Assembly (NCBI GenBank): GCA_035221665.1
Contig: CM069174.1
Location: forward strand, 10,106,001-10,170,000
Origin: Okamejei kenojei
Taxonomy: Eukaryota
Length of the DNA stretch: 64,000 nucleotides
Reading direction: 5' to 3'
Part shown: piece by piece, positions 61,100 to 64,000 of the stretch
Layout of the letters: each line of letters opens with the position of its first letter
How positions within the stretch are numbered: position 1 is the stretch's first letter
Notes under the pieces: model-generated
Told to the model about the DNA's origin: nothing
The model's database searches: none
What the model saw: only the letters and a program-made list of their open reading frames with translations
Position numbers and translations under genes: made by a program

Positions 61100-61570
61100 C
61101 AGAGAGATGGCAGGTGGAGTTTGATCCTGATAAATGAGAGCTGATGCATTTTGGGAGTACTATAGAGGCCATGAATGGTTGGGTCCCAGGGGGTATGAAA
61201 GAACAGAGCGACTTTTGTGTACACGTCAATAGATCTTTGAAGGAGACAGCACAGCTAGGTAAGGTGGTTAAGAAGGCATGCGGAATGATGGCCTTCTTTA
61301 GTTGGGGCATTGAATAAAAGAGCAGAGAGGTTATTCTCCAACTGTATAAAACAATAGTTAAACATCAGCTGGAGTACTGCATGCAGGTCTGTTCACTGCA
61401 CTTGAAGAAAGATGGGCAGCGCTTAAGAGGGTGCAGAGGAGATTCACTAGGATGTTGCCCAGGATGGTGTTTCAGTTATGAGGAGAGACTGGAAAGATTG
61501 AGTCTATTTTTCCTGAGGAAGTCAAGAGGAGAGATGATGGCGGTATATAAGATTGAGGGGTATAGACAGA
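61100..61570 (+). mobile_element. Decayed CR1-clade LINE fragment
   Basis: tggcaggtggagtttgatcctgataaatg...ctggagtactgcatgcag...ttcagttatgaggagagactggaaag. Confidence 0.75.
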
Positions 61571-63362
61571 GCAGACTACAGGAAACCTCTCCCCACAGGA
61601 CCAGAAAACCGGGTTCAATCCTGACCACGGGCTCGGTCAGGGTGAAGTTTCCAAGTTCTCACTGACCGCACGGGATTCCTCCGGATTCTCCAGTTTCCTC
61701 CCACATCCCAAAGACATGCGGGTTTGAAGACTAACTGGTCTCTGTAAATTGCCTCTAGTGTGTAGTGTGTGGTTGAAAAAGTGGGACGGAAGAAGGGTCT
61801 CAACCCCAAACGTCACCTATTCCTTTTCACCAGAGATGCTGCCAGACCCGCTGAGTTAATCCAGCTTTTTGTGTCTATCTTCAGTGTAAGCCGGCACCTG
61901 CAGTTCCTTCCTACACTCCTATTCACTCTCTTACACTTGCTCTCCTTTCAACCCAACCAGCCTTACACTATCGCCTCATTCTGCAGTTCCTCCTCCCCCC
62001 AACCTCTCTCACCGAAACATTGACTGCACTTTAAAAAAAAATGAAACTGAGCAATTAGCACTGGCCAATACTACATTCTCAAACATAAAACGCTGTTTAG
62101 AACCAGGCAGGCTCTTTTTGTGGAGCAAGAAACAGATTTGAGCTACTGGCAGAACCGCTTTTGGCTAATCTGTTGGGGTTGTGTCTCAACAAGCAGCAGA
62201 TGCTCCTGGAATCTTGCCCAGATGCCAAGCCTTTTAAATGCGAACAGGAGACAGAGTCAAGGGTTGGGTTTTTTTCTCATTATTTAATTTTTTTTTTCAG
62301 TTTCTGGTTGTCGTTTGCAATTACCATTTTTAGAATACATAATTACCATTACATACGCAGACATCTTAAACCTCACCTCTAGAATTCAGCTTTTTGGACC
62401 ATGTTTGGCACAATGCGGTGGTCTGAAGTTTGAGTGCTCCAGATGATACCCAAACTGGGCTTGGTGAAGAGGTTATTAGTGAGTACGCACTACAGAATAG
62501 CACTGTCAATGATACCTCCATCACGGTGCTGATGACTGACAGAAGACAGATTCCAGCGAATTACTGCCCATTGTACATCCTACGTCTGGGCAACGGGACA
62601 CCCTGGGCAATGTTCCAGATTGTAGGGTAGATGCCATTGTTGTGATTGTACTGGAACAGCTTGGTTAGAGGCACAGCTAGTTCAAGAGTTCAGGCCCTCA
62701 GTGCTGCAGATGCGAGGTTGCCTCAACCTATAACCTTTGCTGTATCCAGTGCTGATAGGATACGAATGTTGCTCTGACCGACCATCCACACACATGCATG
62801 CAGCCTCGAGCAGGTATAACTGGATGCTCGACACAAATTGGGAGCAAGGAACCTTGCTGAGGCTGTGCATTCCCTTCCTATCTGTGGAACCCAGCTAGCT
62901 CTTCGTAGATATCAGACAAACCTGGGACCTCCCTTTCCTGTAACTCTCAAGAGAACACTCAGTAGTTGCTCACTCAGCCATGGAGGGAAACGAGACAAAT
63001 CTTGTTGATGTTTTGCTCCAGATTAATACCATCTTAAATTTCCCTGATACATGAATAATCTTTAATGCTTGCCCACACTTCACCAAACTCTCTGATGCAA
63101 TGTGGCGGCCAAGTGTCAGGTTATTGACAGCAGTTATAGTGTCAGGTGCTGCAGTTGCAGGGAGAAGAACAGCAGATATTGTTAAAGAGAGTACAAGCCT
63201 CTCATTGTAAACAGTACAATTGCAATGGCCATTTTCAGAGCTTTAGAAAGAGTTTGTACATTACATCCTATTTAACAAATTCACCTTTGGGCAAGGAATT
63301 TACTTAGAGTATACACTGGCCACTGAGTCAATTCTGGCCATCTTCCATTTGTCCCAATTTCA

Positions 63363-63824
<462 letters not shown>

Positions 63825-64000
63825 TTAGACTTTAGAGATACAGCGTGGAAACGGGCCCTTCGGCCCACTGAGTCCACGCCGACCAGAAATCTGCCCACAC
63901 TTTAGCACTATCCTACACACTAAGAACTATTTACAATTTACAGAAACCAATTAACTTACATGTACATCTTTGGAGTGTGCGAGGCGACTGGAGCACCAGG
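63825..64000 (-). mobile_element. tRNA-derived SINE (truncated by the window edge)
   Basis: tttagagatacagcgtggaaacgggcccttcggcccac...ctttggagtgtg, same family as the other SINEs. Confidence 0.75.

Overview
This is eukaryotic (vertebrate) genomic DNA, not prokaryotic. The repeat landscape (CR1-type LINE fragments, tRNA-derived SINEs, Penelope-like pieces, Rex1/Babar tails) suggests a cartilaginous fish such as a skate or ray; this is inference. Nearly all ORF-track entries are spurious. Two intron-rich genes converge tail-to-tail. (1) On the + strand is the 3' part of LIMA1/EPLIN, from an exon cut by the window start (1-104) to the stop at 33896, with an intact LIM domain and poly(A) signals near 35690. 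(2) On the - strand is a SPAK/OSR1 (STK39/OXSR1)-family STE20 kinase, with 14 phase-consistent exons from 63557 to the stop at 43355; its first exons lie beyond the window. The kinase keeps the WNK activation-loop Thr, S-motif serines, WEW motif and CCT pocket, but differs at many positions where SPAK and OSR1 agree. It sits beside LIMA1, the position matching XIRP2-STK39-CERS6, so it is a strong candidate for a third SPAK/OSR1 ohnolog absent from the human locus. Other leads are a possible dual-frame exon module with a 10-nt microexon in LIMA1, a 1.3-kb hAT-type element with TIRs and TSDs, hammerhead-ribozyme cores in Penelope-derived repeats, and a decayed coding-like segment between the two genes. 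Exon coordinates were read by hand. Repeat boundaries are approximate, and human comparisons are from memory, not from a search.
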